A stretch of 64,000 bases of DNA from Octopus sinensis (GCF_006345805.1 NW_021837039.1:25837-89836), one strand, 5' to 3'; positions 1 through 13,475 are shown, counted from the stretch's first letter. Program-made: numbers and translations. The notes: generated by a model from the letters alone, not told the origin.

Positions 1-33
1 AATTTGTGTAATTTCCTTTTCGTCATTTTGAAA

Positions 34-527
34 ATGTCGAGAAATTGTATTTTAGAACGATGTTCGCGTTCCTCTATCGACCATCATTCTCCTAGTCTGG
101 AAACGCTAGGAGAAGAAAAAAAAGAATTTGTGCACGCAAAGTGCAAACATAAATGATTTTGGAATAAACGCTGCAACCACTTGTAGTAACAGCCCTGTCA
201 CCACCACCACCTCTAACAAGAACAACAAAAGAACTACTACTGTTACCACCACCGCTTTCACCACCACCACCACCATCATCAGCCTCATCGACAACAGCAA
301 CAAATACAAAACAAAGGTCGCAAGGCCAAGCACCGTCAAAACTACCAGTGAGTCCACCACAACACCGACAACAACACCATGGCAGCATCTGCTACTAAAA
401 CTGCTATTCCTGCTAAAGACATCGCCACCAATAACAATACCAACATCACCATCACCGCCACCAAAGACCGTGCCGTCAATGCTACTAATACCACTAACAC
501 CACCCGCCGTCACCAAGAATGACAATA

Positions 528-559
<32 letters not shown>

Positions 560-2259
560 TTCCTTCAACCACTGCTCACTCCATCACCAACAAGTGAAAA
601 AATAACAACGACAACCAAACAAAATGCCGAAATTGCGCAATAATGCAGGACTAAATTACGCAGACAATTTTCCACCCCTGCTAGTTGCATAATCAGCAAC
701 CACAAACCTACAACCCCACACCCTGCCATCAACACCAACACCACCGGCAGTAACAACAATAACAAAACAACAACAAACTTCGCCGAGGCGATAAAAAGAA
801 AAAGTAACAAGAGTTTCGTTTACTACACAACAAATAAAAGATTGCAGAAACCTTATCACCAATGAAAACGGCAAAAATACTCTTACACATACCACAACAC
901 ATACTGAATGAGGAAAAAAAGAAAACCATTGTTTATAAAATAACAAATAAAAAAACTAAAAGTCCAGAAAAGGCAAGCACGGACAAAATAGAAAAGTGCC
1001 TACGCCCCATCTGGGGATACAAGGATTATGTGACTTGTGGTTTTTCAGAATGAAGAATTGGCGAAGAAATTCTCAACGATAACCCTTTATTCTGATGAAC
1101 TAACGATGACACCGAGTTACCTTGGACAGAAGGTGACGAAGGTCATTATCAAGAATGTCCCCCAAGTAACAACAACACTGTGGATAACATCCGCCATAAC
1201 ATCCGAAATGGAGGACTTAAACATCCTAGATATCGGTGTTGCGAATAACAAGGACTGGCTGGGAAAGGGAATGGAGTTCCTCTTTCACATAAGTCAAGAC
1301 GACATCAATAAAATTCCCACCCACGTACATCTTGAGGATAGCCGCAAGTTGTACGTAGTAGTCGAGGGCAGAAGGCCACGATGCTATACATGTGGCAGTG
1401 AGGCACACCTCAAAAAGGAGTCCAAATCTGCCGCTAAATTACAACAACAACAACAGCCACAGGAAAAACCACAAAAGCAGCATTATTGCCCACACAACAA
1501 TATGGACGGCTAGTCAAGAAGCTGTAAGCAGAAATGCATGAAAAACAACACAAAACAAGCCAACCCAACCAAACAACACCAACACCAGCGCCAAGAACAG
1601 AATCATCACCACCAACAACAACTAAACCAATGCCAACACCGAGATAACAACGAAGAAGACAACACACCAAGGATATAGGAGAAGACAAAACCCAAACAAA
1701 CCCACCAGCAACACCCTCCCGCGCCACAACAACAATATTTACAACCGCAACAAAACAGACCCAGACCGCTTTACCCTTACCCCTGCTAATTCGTCAGACT
1801 TTTCATCTAACGATGAAATGATGAAAGTTCGACAGATGGCAAATAGCCAGAGGGGGGAAAAGAAAAAGATCAAGAAAAACAAACAAGAAATCGCAACCAA
1901 AGCAGGGAGATACCTGAACCTGAAAACTCCATACACACAACCAAACAAGCACCAACACCACAAAAACACACACAATGCTATCAGCGATAGACACCAAAGA
2001 CTCCAAACTAATGGGTACGTAATCCCACCCACACAAACATCTGTTGAAGATGACTTTAAAAATAGCAATCATCCACGCACTACACCACCCAACACATCAA
2101 AATACTACACATCACACAAACACAACACACAAACTCAAAGCCCTCTTCCCAAATGTGTAGGGGGTTTCCAAAAATATCTCTCCCAAAAACTTTATAAAAA
2201 CCTTCTCGAAGGACACTCAAAAGAACGAGGAAGCCAAAACTTTCGACACAAGTAAGTAA
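34..2259 (+). pseudogene. Tx1 copy A ORF1 (gag-like, zinc knuckle), frameshifted
   Basis: ATG at 34 (MSRNCILERCSR) is homologous to the copy E start. Thr/Gln-rich low-complexity N-terminus; core 1037-1513 ends RPRCYTCGSEAHLKKES (last Cys lost). The C-terminus (EDDFK..HPRTTPP..VGGFQ.YLS) is shared with copy E. Confidence 0.8.
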
Positions 2260-2309
2260 CTCTCTGTACCTTCCTTTTTGTGTTTTAAAGCACACACCCC
2301 AATAGAATC

Positions 2310-5300
2310 ATGGTCAAGATTGGTTGTGTGAATGCGCGTGGCTTGTGGTCTCCTTGGAAACAAGGATACCTCCTAAAGACATCAAGTCACATGATTTGAG
2401 GAATCATAGCCATAAGTGAGACCAGACTCCACAAGCCACGGGCCCTAAAGTCATGTTTGGCGGACAGTTTAACATATTTCGCTCCCTGTCTGCCGAGGAT
2501 GGGCGGTAGTGGCACCGCGGTACTTTTTCACAAGAGCCTGGATCTCGAAGTCAAGACGATATTCGTAGACCCGGAGGGTAGACTGATCGTTCTGGATGTC
2601 GACGGCAGCAATGGGTGCGCTTTTTCGACTCGTATCAGTCTACGCACCGCCTTTAACAGTGGTCGGGCGGATTTCTTTCGACGTCTAGAAGTATTCCTGG
2701 GAACGTCTCGTCCTTTACTTTTAGTGGGGGGGATGGAATGCTACCTTGGACACACATCTAGACTATGTGGGGAGAGACAAAAACAGAAGGGGATGCAAAT
2801 GCCTCAAGAGACCTGCTCCAGACGATTCCAACTGTCTGACAGGTACCGATTCGACCACCCAAATGCACCAACGTGGACATGGAGCAACCGCAGTGGTCGT
2901 CGAGATCGTATCTAGATAGGATACTGTGTAGGACAGTAGACAAGGATAACTTAGGATGTCCACATTCTACACAGTCAGCTACACGGATCACAAATTGGTG
3001 ACGTGTTACGCTAGACTTAGATAAGGCACATAGACAGGGTCCTGGGTACTGGAAACTGAACGCATCATTCCCGTCCGGACAAGTTTTCAGAGACAGAATC
3101 AAACGTTAGTAAAAAGGGCTTTAACGGGAGCCATTGTCAACAACAAATGGTGGTTCACCCTCAAGAGAGCAGTAAGCGGAGCAATTAGAGTATAGCAAGC
3201 ACTAGCAGGTAGATAGAAAGAGAGTAGAGGGTGAGTTAGTTAAGAAGTTAGAAGGGCAATAAGAAGTGGCATCACATCCGACGTTTAGCGGCGAGGTTGG
3301 CCTTGAACAACACTTAAACGCCCAACAAGAAGGGGTGCTGTCAGGGCTAGGATGCGTGCTCTAAGGATGGAAAGGTGTTGGAGCCGCGAGGGAGGCCGGG
3401 TGGCGGAGGGCGCAGCAGGGCAACAAAGCCACCATTCGGTCTCTGGTAGATGAACAGGGGCGCGAATTGCTCGAGCCCAGCAAGATGTGCGAGACATTTC
3501 AGCGGCACTTTGCCCGACTGTACGGGACGAGTGGTGAGCGTGAACGCAGGGTGGACTTCAGTGCCTGCCTGCACAGCCTACCACGACTCTCGTCAAGAGA
3601 GGCAGAGTGCTGCGAAGGTGCCATCACGGCGGCGGATATGTAGGACGCGATGGCAGAATGCTCAAGAGACAAATCGCCGGGTTTAGATGGTCTGCCCTAC
3701 GAGTTTTACAATTGTATGCCAGACTTGTTTGGAGACGTCTTGGCAGCGGTATACTGCAACTGCAGCAAAACGGGAGCATACCCGGTTTTGTGAGTCGAGG
3801 AGCTGTAACTCTGCTGAAGAAAGATCCAAACAGGGGAACATTATAGATAACTTTAGACCAATCACTCTGCTCAATGCAGACCTGAAAATTTGACAAAGGT
3901 GTTAGCCCAAGAGTTGGTTGCTTGTCATCGAGAAACTGGTCGACAACGCACAAACGTGCGCCGTGCCGGGCCGGAGCATCCATGACAACCTCCATCTGAT
4001 GCGCTACATCATAGACAGAGTAGTTAACGAACCTGGCATGGGTGGGGCCCTGATCAACTTGGATCAATCGAAAGCTTTCGATAGGGTAGAACATCGATAC
4101 TTGGAGGCAGTCCTGAGAGCGGCTGGTTTCGGTCCCGTCTTCCGCGGCTGGATAGCTGCCTTATACAGAGGCATCCGTTCGGTAATTCGCGTAAATGGAC
4201 ATCTATCGAGACCTTTCGACATTGAACGTTCGGTCTGTCAGGGATGCCCCCTCTCGGCGCTTCTATACGTATTGACTCTTGAGCCACTACTGCGGAAGCT
4301 GGCGATTCTGAGGTGCATCCCGCGAGAATTAGGATGCGGGACGAGCGTGTCTGCATACGCGGACGACGTCACCATCATAGTGTCAAGCCACACGCACATC
4401 GAGCGGGTCGGCGAGACACTGAAAGACTACGAAGCGGTGACAGGAGCAAAAATCAACCGGGAAAAGTCAGTGGGCTTGCTGCTCGGCACCTGGAGAAGCA
4501 AACCCATGCCGTCCACCAGTACCTCCGTCGTGGGACGCTGGACAGACGGCCCGGTTAAGTTGCTCGGCGTCTGGTTCGGTCCGGACCTCCAAATGGAGAA
4601 GAACTGGAACGAGATAACGAGTAGGGTGGTCACTCTCGCCCAGCAATGGGCCGAGAGGAAACTGTCCCTAAAAGGTCGGGCGGAGGTGGCGAACGCGTAC
4701 TTCGCGTCCATCATCTAATACCGCCTGACAGTCGTACCTTGTCCCGACCCTACCATCACCAAACTAGAACGCATTCTCTTCCGGTTCTTGTGGAAAGGAT
4801 GCGTCCCGATGGTCAGGCGATCCATTTGCTGTCAACAACCGTTAAAAGGAGGGCTGGGCATGCCGTGGTTGATGATGTGCAGACACGCGCTGAGACTGCG
4901 ACATCTCTGGCTCTATGTAGACGACGGTGAACAGGTGTGGTCGCCGTTTGTGAGGCACGCGTTCCCGCAGCTCGTCTCCATGACCGAACTGCAGTCGTGG
5001 ATCAAAAAGAGGCCGAGGAAGGGCGAAAGGCACCGCGAGTGTCGCGTTGCTCTCAAGCAACTCTGCCGTCCCGGGTCGACCTTGAATGACTTCAACACGA
5101 CCAAAGCATTCTATAGGGGATTAGTGGAGGGGAGGTACGACGACGATCTCGGGGCAAACCTGGGCGTCGACGAGGAATACCTGACCCGCCTGTTTCAAAC
5201 GACTTTCGGCCCGGGACCTATAGATAACTTCCAGAGATCCCTGGCCTGGCAGTGCTACCGAGAAGCGCTACCCGTTCGGGATAAGCTCTATAGGCATGGC

Positions 5301-5741
5301 TCGAGAAATACGGGGCCGACCTGCCCGAGATGCGGGCAGAGCGACGAAACCGCTCTGCACGCAATCGTGCAGTGTCCAACAATCTCCGACTTGTGGACTT
5401 ATGTCGAACGACTGCTTTCACGTGTGGGACGTGTCGGTTTATCAGCCGAGTCTATCGTTAATATCGTCACGCCTCCTTCCTTCAAACGGGAAGGAAGAGC
5501 TATTTTTATCATACTTGTGGCTATGGCGAAAGAATGTATCTGGTGGACGCGCCTGAAAGGATTAGAGACAAACACTTTCCTCTCTGGTCAATCTCTCATC
5601 AACTTCTTCAAGTATCACTTAAAGAGGAAAGTGAGAGTAGAGAGGCAAGTTTTGTCTAGTGAATGTTTTAAAAAAAGATGGGTGAATGTAGCAAGGATGG
5701 CACGTATGAATGACGAAGCCACTTTCACTATGATTCTATGA
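2310..5741 (+). pseudogene. Tx1 copy A ORF2 (APE endonuclease, reverse transcriptase, CCHC domain), with frameshifts and stops
   Basis: MVKIGCVNARGL..SETRL (APE start); FRPITLLNADLK; DQSKAFDRV; QGCPLS; AYADD; KLLGVWF; TCPRCGQSDETALHAIVQC; stop at 5741. Confidence 0.93.
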
Positions 5742-6097
5742 ACCGTAAAAATTAATACAGAGAATTGCTTATTTGCAAAACAAAAAAAAAGAAATATAAC
5801 ATGTGACTTCATTGACCGAGGTTACTGTGGTCTTTTCCGTAGGCTTTTCTTTCCACGGGTAAACCTCACCTGTCCTCCCCTTTACACTTCATATTGACAT
5901 TTCTGTGATAACGATCCCTATTGATCAATTTTTCTCTCTCCCCCTGTTTTTTTACCCCCTCTTTTTGTCCTCTTTCTCCTCTTTTACGATTCCTTTTGAT
6001 CGAACCCCCCCTTTGTTTATTTAAACCCCCAAAAGAAAAGCTCTACCTTGTAATTTATTCTATCTGTGTGCAGCCCTGTGTGGCTAATAAAGAAACA

Positions 6098-6118
6098 TAT
6101 CTATCTATCTATCTATCG

Positions 6119-6159
<41 letters not shown>

Positions 6160-6179
6160 ATCCATCTATCTATCTATCT

Positions 6180-6216
<37 letters not shown>

Positions 6217-6296
6217 ATTCTACTATCTATCTATATATCTAATATATCTATCTATCTATCTATCTGTCTATCGATCTATCTATCTATCTATTTATC
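6098..6296 (+). repeat. (TATC)n microsatellite between Tx1 copies A and B
   Basis: Direct reading; imperfect tetranucleotide array of about 200 bp. Confidence 0.98.
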
Positions 6297-6297
6297 G

Positions 6298-9200
6298 ACG
6301 GACGTGTTGTCACCTCGGCCCCGAAGGTAATCGTTTATTTTGACTATTTATAGCCCATATTTTGCGTACATTTTTGTAAATAAGGTGTGTAAGGCACCCA
6401 ACTTTCTTTTGAGTGCTTTTCCAAGGGAGGAATTCACCCCTAGTGGCAGTTTCAACCAATTTTATTTTGTGTATTTTTCTTCTCGACATTAAAAAATTTT
6501 GAGAAATGTTATTGTAGAACGCTGGTCGCGTTCCTTTATGGACCAGCATTTTCCTAGTCTGGAAACGCTAGGAGAAAAAAGAACTTATGCACGCAAAGTG
6601 CAAAACTGAATGACGTGGTAGTGAACGCTGCAACCACTTGCGGTAACAGTCCTGTCACCACCACCAGCACCACTAACAACAACAACAACGAGACTACTAC
6701 TGCTACCACCACCAGGTCCACCACCACCACCACCACCACGACCAACTTAAATGATAAAAATGAAACCCACGCGAAAATTATTAACAAAAACAACAACAAC
6801 AACAACAATAAAAATGAAATAAATATTTTACCATCTAATAGTGAAGATATTAATATAAAAGAATCAACAACAACAGTAAATTTCGCTGACACTCAGAAAA
6901 AAGAAATAATAAAATTTACGAATGAAGAGTTAATAGAAACGAGAGCACTCTTTACAACCCAAGGGCAGGATTTAGTGCTGCATACACCTCAACACATAAA
7001 GCAACAAATAGAAAATAAGGCAATTATATATAAAATTATAAGAAAAAACAAAAAAACAAAATGAACAGATTACACAAACGGACATAGAAAAGTGTTTAAG
7101 AAACATAATGAAAAAAAAAAGAATATATAAACTGGGGTCCCCAGTTTAATACAGTGGTGGTCCGCTTCCCTAACAAGGAAGTGGCAAAAGCTCAATCAAC
7201 GGAGTTTTTGCAAAATGATGAAATCATCATTGTACCATATTACAAAGGCCAGAGAGTGAGTAGAATAAGCATTAAAAATGTACCCCACGAGATACCTAAC
7301 AAATAGATAACAGGGGCAATCTGTTACCATTTGAAAACGATAAACATATTAGAAACCGCCGTGTACCTAAACGACAATTGGGGTGGTAAAACAATAGTAG
7401 TGACCATCCAGATTGAGGGATCCTCTATCGAGAACCTACCCGATAGGATCCAGCTAGAAAATGGGCAAAGCGTGGCAACAGATCCACCATTCGGTCTCTA
7501 ATAGATCAACAGGGATGCAGTTTACTCGAACCCGAAAAGATGTGTGAGGCCTTTCAACAGCACTTTGCTCCACTGTTCGGTGCGAGTGGTGGGTCAGAAC
7601 GCGGGATGGATTTTAGTGCCTACCTGACCGACCTGCCGCGGCTCTCGGCAAGAGAAGCGAAGTGTTATGAAAGTCCCATCACAGCCGCTGACGTGCGGGA
7701 GGCGATGGCGGGCTGCATGAAGGATAAGTCGCCTGGATTGGATGGTTTACCCTACGAGCTATATTGTCAAATGCCAGACTTGTTTGGCGACCTCTTGGCA
7801 TCAGTCTACTGCAACTGGTAACAAAACGGGAGAATCCACGGTTTCGTGGGCCGAGGTGCAGTGACGTTGCTGAAGAAAGACCCAAACAAGGGGAATTTTA
7901 TAGATAATTCCAGGCCCATCACTCTGCTCAACGCAGATTTGAAAATTTTGGCCAAATTAATAGCCGAGAGGTTGGTGCTTGTCATTGGTAAACTGCTCGA
8001 CAGGGCGCAAACATGCGCCGTGCCGGGCAGAACCATACATAACAACCTCCATCTGATGCGCTACATTGTGGACAGGGTAGTTAAGGATCCTGGCATGGGT
8101 GGGGTGCTGATCAATTTGAATCAGTCTAAAGCCTTCGATAGGGTCGACCATCGGTACTTAGCGGCCGTCCTCAGCGCAGCTGGCTTCGGTCCCGTCTTCC
8201 ACGGTTGGATCTCCGCCTTGTATAGCGGCATCCGATCGGTGATTCGGGTGAACGGTCACCTGTCGAAACCGTTTGACATCACGCGTTCGGTCCGTCAGGG
8301 GTGTCCCCTGTCGGTGCTTCTGTATGTATTGACTCTCGAGCCGCTACTGCGGAAGCTGGCGACACTGAGGGGCATCCCACGGGAACTGGGTTGCGGGACG
8401 AGCGTGTCGGCATATGCGGACGATGTCACCGTCATGGTATCGAGCGACAAACACATCAAGATGATAGGCGAAACACTAAGATAATACGAAACGGTGATGG
8501 GAGCGAAGATTAACACGGAAAGGTCAGTGAGTTTGCTACTTGGCACCTGGAGAAGCAAGCCCATGTGGGACGCTGGACGGACGGACCGGTTAAATTGCTC
8601 GGGGTCTGGTTCAGTCCGGACCTCCAAATGGATAAGAACTGGGACGAGATCACGAGTAGAGTGGTCGCTCTCAGCCAAACATGGGCCGAGAGAAAGCTGT
8701 CTCTAAAAGGCCGGGCGGAGGTGGCGAACGCAAACATCACATCCGTCATCGATTACCACCTGACCGTCGTACCTTGTCCCGACGCCACCATAAACCAAAC
8801 TGGAACGCCACCTCTTCCGCTTCCTATGGAAGGGTGGCGTTCCGATGGTGAGGAAGTCCATTTGCTGTCAAAATCCGTTGAATGGAGGACTGGGCATGCC
8901 GTGGTTGATGATGCGCAGGCATGCGCTGAAACTGCGACATCTCTGGAACTTCATCGACGACGGTGAACAGGTGTGGGCGCCGTTTGTGAGGCACGCCTTC
9001 CCGCAGCTCGTCTCACTGACCGAACTGGAAACGTGGATCAAGAAGGGACCGAAACTGGGCGATTGGCACCGAGAGTGTCGCCAAGCTCTACAGCAGCTCT
9101 GCCAACAGTGGTCAAACTTGTGCAACTTACAAACGACTAAAGCGTTCTATAGAGGACTAGTGGAGGGGAGGTCCGACGACACACTCGGGGAAAACCTGGG

Positions 9201-10066
9201 CGTCGACGAGGAATTCCTAACCCGCCTGTTCAGGACGACGTTCGGGCTGGGGCCTATGGATGACTTCCAGAAATCCCTTGCTTGGCAGTGCTATCGAGAT
9301 GCACTACCTGTTCGAGAGAAGGGCTACAGGCACGGTTCGAAAACCATCACCGGACCGACCTGCCCGAGATGCGGTCATAGCGACGAAACCGTTCTGCACG
9401 CACTCGTGCAGTGTCCAAGTATTTCAGAGCTGTGGACCTTCGTCGAACAGCTGTTGTCACGTGTAGGTCGGGCCCGCCTATCGGCCGAGTCTATCGTGAA
9501 TATTGTTCCACCACCTTCCTTTAAACGGGAAGGGAAAACGGTTTTCGTTACGCTGAGCTATGGCGAAAGAATGTGTGTGGTGGACGCGTTGAAAGGACTG
9601 CAAACAAACACCTTCCTCTCTGGTCAGTCTCTCGTCAACCTTTTCAAGTACCACTTGAAAAGGAGGATGAGAATCGAGGGGAAGGCTTTGTCGAACGAAT
9701 GTTTTAATAAAAAGTGGGTAAAAGTGTCAAAAATGGTCAGTATGAAAGACGACACTATTTTAAGCATAAATCTGTAACCAAAAGAAACAACGAGAAGTAA
9801 GGCGACTTACTCATGTGTTCATTTTCGAACTGTCTGAGGTGACCTTGGTCTTTTTTGTAGGTTTTTCTTTCCAAGGCTACACCTAAACCGTGAACTTTAT
9901 ATATATATATATTGCTTTTTTATACACCACACAACCCACAGATCCCTATTGATGAAACGTTTTTTTTTTGTGCCCCACCCATTCCACCTCGAAAATAAAA
10001 AATTCTACATTGTATTTCGTCCATTTTTTATTCTGTGTTTAGCCCTGTGTGGCTACAGTAAAAAGT
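6298..10066 (+). mobile_element. Tx1 copy B; intact 5' end, ~1.9 kb internal deletion removing the ORF1 C-terminus and APE
   Basis: Starts ACGGACGTG like copy E. At about 7470 the ORF1 sequence GAAAATGGGCAAAG joins post-APE ORF2 sequence CGTGGCAACAGA. RT at 7846-8484, C-terminal domain at 8845-9777. The 3' end AGCCCTGTGTGGCTACAGTAAAAAGT runs into TATC. Confidence 0.93.
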
Positions 10067-10113
10067 TATCTATCTATCTATCTATCTATATTCTATCTAT
10101 CTATCTATTTATC

Positions 10114-10144
<31 letters not shown>

Positions 10145-10152
10145 CTATTTAT

Positions 10153-10240
<88 letters not shown>
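10067..10240 (+). repeat. (TATC)n microsatellite between Tx1 copies B and C
   Basis: Direct reading. Confidence 0.98.
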
Positions 10241-10241
<1 letters not shown>

Positions 10242-11332
10242 GCGAGTGTCGCGTTGCTCTCAAGCAACTCTGCCGTCCTGGGTCAACCTTGAGTGACTCC
10301 ATCACAACCAAAGCATTTTATTGGAGATTAGTGGAGGGGAGGTACGACGACGAGCTTTGGGCGAACCTAGACGTCGACGAGGAATACCTGACCCGCCTGT
10401 TCAGGACGACTTTCGGGCCAGGACCCATGGACAACTTCCAGAGATCCCTGGCCTGGCAGTGCTACCGAGAAGCGCTACCTGTTCGGGATAAGCTCTACAG
10501 ACACGGCTCGAGAAACACGGGGCCGACCTGCCCGAGATGCGGTCAGAGCGACGAAACCGTTCTGCACGCACTCATTTATTGGCCAACCATTTCCGACCCG
10601 TGGGCTTATGTCGAACAACTGCTGTCACGTGTGGGACGAGTCGGTTTATCAGCTGAGTCTATCGTCAATATTGTCACGCCTCCTTCCTTCAAACGGGAAG
10701 GAAGAGCTATTTTCATCATCCTTGTGGCTATGGCGAAAGAATGTATCTGGTGGACGCGTCTGAAAGTTGGAGACAAACACTTTCCTCTCTAGTCAACCTC
10801 TCATCAACTTCTTCAAGTATCACTTGAAAAGGAATTGAGAGTAGAGAGGCAAGTTTTGTCTAGCGAACGTTTTAAAAAAGATGGCTGAATGTAGCAAGGA
10901 TGGCACGTATGAATGACGAAGCCACCTTGAGCATAATCCTATGAACCCAGAAATTGAAAACAGAGGGTTACCCACTTGCAAACAAATGTGGTAACATATA
11001 ACAATATTGACCAAGGTTACCGTGGTCTTTTTCGTAGGCTTTTCTTCCCACGGACAAACCTTACTTGCTTTCCCCTTTACACCATACATCATGACACTGT
11101 GATACACGATCCCTATTGATCGCTTTCTTTTCCTCTTCCCCTTTTTTCCTCCTTTTTCTTCTTTTTCATTTTTCTTTTCTTTTGTTCGTTTTCCCTTTTT
11201 TTTCTTTTCCTTTTTTTTGTTCTTTTTTCCCTTTTACGATCCCTTTTGATCGAAAACCTACGCCACCCTTTTTTTTTCATCCCCCAAAAGAAAAGCTCTA
11301 CCTTGTAACTTGTCCCATCTGTGTGCAGCCCT
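10241..11332 (+). mobile_element. Tx1 copy C, 5'-truncated (ORF2 C-terminus plus 3' UTR), closest to copy A
   Basis: Begins CGCGAGTGTCGCGTTGCTCTCAAGC, matching copy A at about 5035. Ends GTGTGCAGCCCT, about 20 nt short of the copy A end, directly into TATC. Confidence 0.93.
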
Positions 11333-11359
11333 TATCTATCTATCTAACTTATCTATCTG

Positions 11360-11431
<72 letters not shown>

Positions 11432-11497
11432 CCTACCTACCTATCTACCTACCTATCTATCAAGCTAGCTAGTTATCTATCTATCTATCTATCTATC

Positions 11498-11569
<72 letters not shown>

Positions 11570-11650
11570 CTTTATCTAGCTATCTATCAATACATCAGTT
11601 TGTCCGTCTGTCTGTCTGTCTGTCAGTCTACCTGCCTGTCTGTCTGTCTA
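11333..11650 (+). repeat. (TATC)n grading into (TGTC)n
   Basis: Direct reading. Confidence 0.95.
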
Positions 11651-11681
11651 TCTTTCTAGATATTTGTATTTAAGCAATTAT

Positions 11682-11714
<33 letters not shown>

Positions 11715-11903
11715 CCTGCATGTGCGCCGCTGCACTTGTGTTTATATCGACTTATAATGGAAGCAATTTTACATTAAACTGAAAAATTACTTAATACGTT
11801 TCTGAAGAGTAAATATTTGTTATAGTTTTTCAAGAGGGGTGGTCCAACGACGGCTTGCAATCCGAAGCATCAGCTTCACCGTCACCATCTTCTTGTATAT
11901 ATA

Positions 11904-12115
11904 GGTACTACTTGAGAACGGTGGTCCCGGTGCGCGCATTACGGTAGTCGCGCATCCGCGCTAGCTAGTCGTGACTAGTCGATGCTACAACGACTACTTA
12001 GCAAAGTAAATAAAACACAAAAACTCAAAGTAAACATCGACTAATCATGATTAGCTAGCGAGGATGCACGAGTACGCGAGTGCGCGCACCGGGACCATTC
12101 TTCTCAAGTAGTACC
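11904..12115. mobile_element. MITE with ~75-bp terminal inverted repeats (GGTACTAC...GTAGTACC), in a TA-rich site
   Basis: Left end GGTACTACTTGAGAACGGTGGTCCCGGTGCGCGC is the reverse complement of the right end GCGCGCACCGGGACCATTCTTCTCAAGTAGTACC (few mismatches). A second copy lies at 13723. Confidence 0.85.
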
Positions 12116-12219
12116 ATATATACATATATATGTGTATATATATGTATGTATATATACATATATATATATATACATACATATATTCATGTATATATATGTG
12201 TGTGTGTGTATGTGATGCA

Positions 12220-12258
<39 letters not shown>

Positions 12259-13243
12259 GCACACACACGCGCATCACAGTATCTACCATGCCGTCAGATG
12301 CTGCTATACTTTGCTGGTCATAGCACGCTTCTAATTTTGTCTTCATTGCGCCATTCACTTCCATACTGACCCGAATTGCCTGACTAAAATATCTTCCCAG
12401 CCTCGTAGAGAGCCTCGAAGTGGGTCCGTCTTTTGTCTGTGCTCACTTAATGATATTCCTTCCAATGAATCATCCCGTGAGCCTTTGCGTCGATAGATGC
12501 TGTATCCTCTTCTTAGTAGCGCACGTCTCACTTGCGTATCAGAGTCTTTGCACGTATGGCATTGTTTAGCTTTGGTACGCACCCTTTTTTTCAGTTAAAT
12601 GCCTTCCATTCTGCTCTTTTTCTCTTTGAGATTCTAGCATTCATATTTCGGGGCATATTCACTGTGTGCACAAAGTAAACGTATTCATTTACCTCTTCCA
12701 TTTCATTGCTTCTTACATCTCTCCTGCCTTATGCTACGTCTTCCGACTGCATATATTTTGTTTTCATATGGCTCGTTTAAAGGCCAACAGTTAAGCTCTA
12801 AGTGTTCAGCTCTGACAGCATGGACTGTAGCTAATCTGTGGTTTCTGCAAAAAGAAGCGTGTTAGTTGCTCGCCATTGATATTCACACCACCTGTCCAGT
12901 CGATCTTCTTAATGATCATTCCTAGACAAGCAGTAAAGATCTTTGGAGAGATGTTTTTTTCCTGCTCGACACCCTACTTGAGGATTCCTGTTGTTCGTGA
13001 TAGCAGAGTTATACCTGTTGTGCATTCAGAGATCGCATCACTGAGCGGTTTGATTTATTACGCTTCTACACCTTGCGTTTCCAGAGATTTCAATACTACT
13101 CTGATCTCGACACTAATGAAAGCCTTTTCGTAATCAGCGAAGCCGATACACAGGGGAAGCTGTATTCATTCACTCGTCCTATGAGCTTTGTTAAAGTGAA
13201 TACGTGATCAATCATAATATAGGTTTTACGACAGCCTATAAAG

Positions 13244-13475
13244 GGCGGCGAGCTGGCAGAAACGTTAGCACACCGGGCGAAATGCGTAGCCGTATTTCGT
13301 CTGCCGTTACGTTCTGAGTTCAAATTACGCCGAGGTCGACTTTGCCTTTCATCCTTTCGGGGTCGATAAATTAAGCACCAGCTACGCACTGGAGTTGATG
13401 TAATCGACTCAATCCGTTTGTCTGTCCTTGTTTGTCCCCTCTGTGTTTAGCCCCTTGTGGGTAGTAAAGAAATAG
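13244..13475 (+). mobile_element. tRNA-type SINE, family 1, monomer
   Basis: GGCGGCGAGCTGGCAGAAACGTTAGCA head, GAGTTCAAAT B-box-like motif, GCCTTTCATCCTTTCGGGGTCGATAAATT core and GTAAAGAAATAG end. Diverged 17-bp TSD AGGTTTTACGACAGCCT (13221-13237) / AGATCTTACGGCAGCCT (13474-13490). Confidence 0.92.

Larger units (their letters stand above)
1..6097 (+). mobile_element. Tx1-clade (L1 group) non-LTR retrotransposon, copy A; near full length, 5' ~260 nt lie outside the window
   Basis: ORF1 with zinc knuckle; ORF2 with APE, RT (QGCPLS, YADD) and C-terminal CPRC..H..C. The 3' UTR ends AATAAAGAAACA directly into (TATC)n. Bases 1-250 match the 5' regions at 6460-6700 and 25715-25920. Confidence 0.95.

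Noticed and set aside
92-946. Minus-strand and alternative-frame ORFs over the Tx1 copies (poly-Val, poly-Leu)
   Set aside because: They are antisense shadows of trinucleotide-rich ORF1 sequence and of the GC-rich ORF2.
2310-5741. Calling Tx1 copy A an active element
   Set aside because: It has several frameshifts and stops. Some fall in homopolymers and could be sequencing errors, which cannot be resolved without reads.
6098-11590. Repeat-spacer arrangement as a CRISPR-like array
   Set aside because: The repeats are variable-length microsatellites and the spacers are kilobase LINE copies in eukaryotic DNA.
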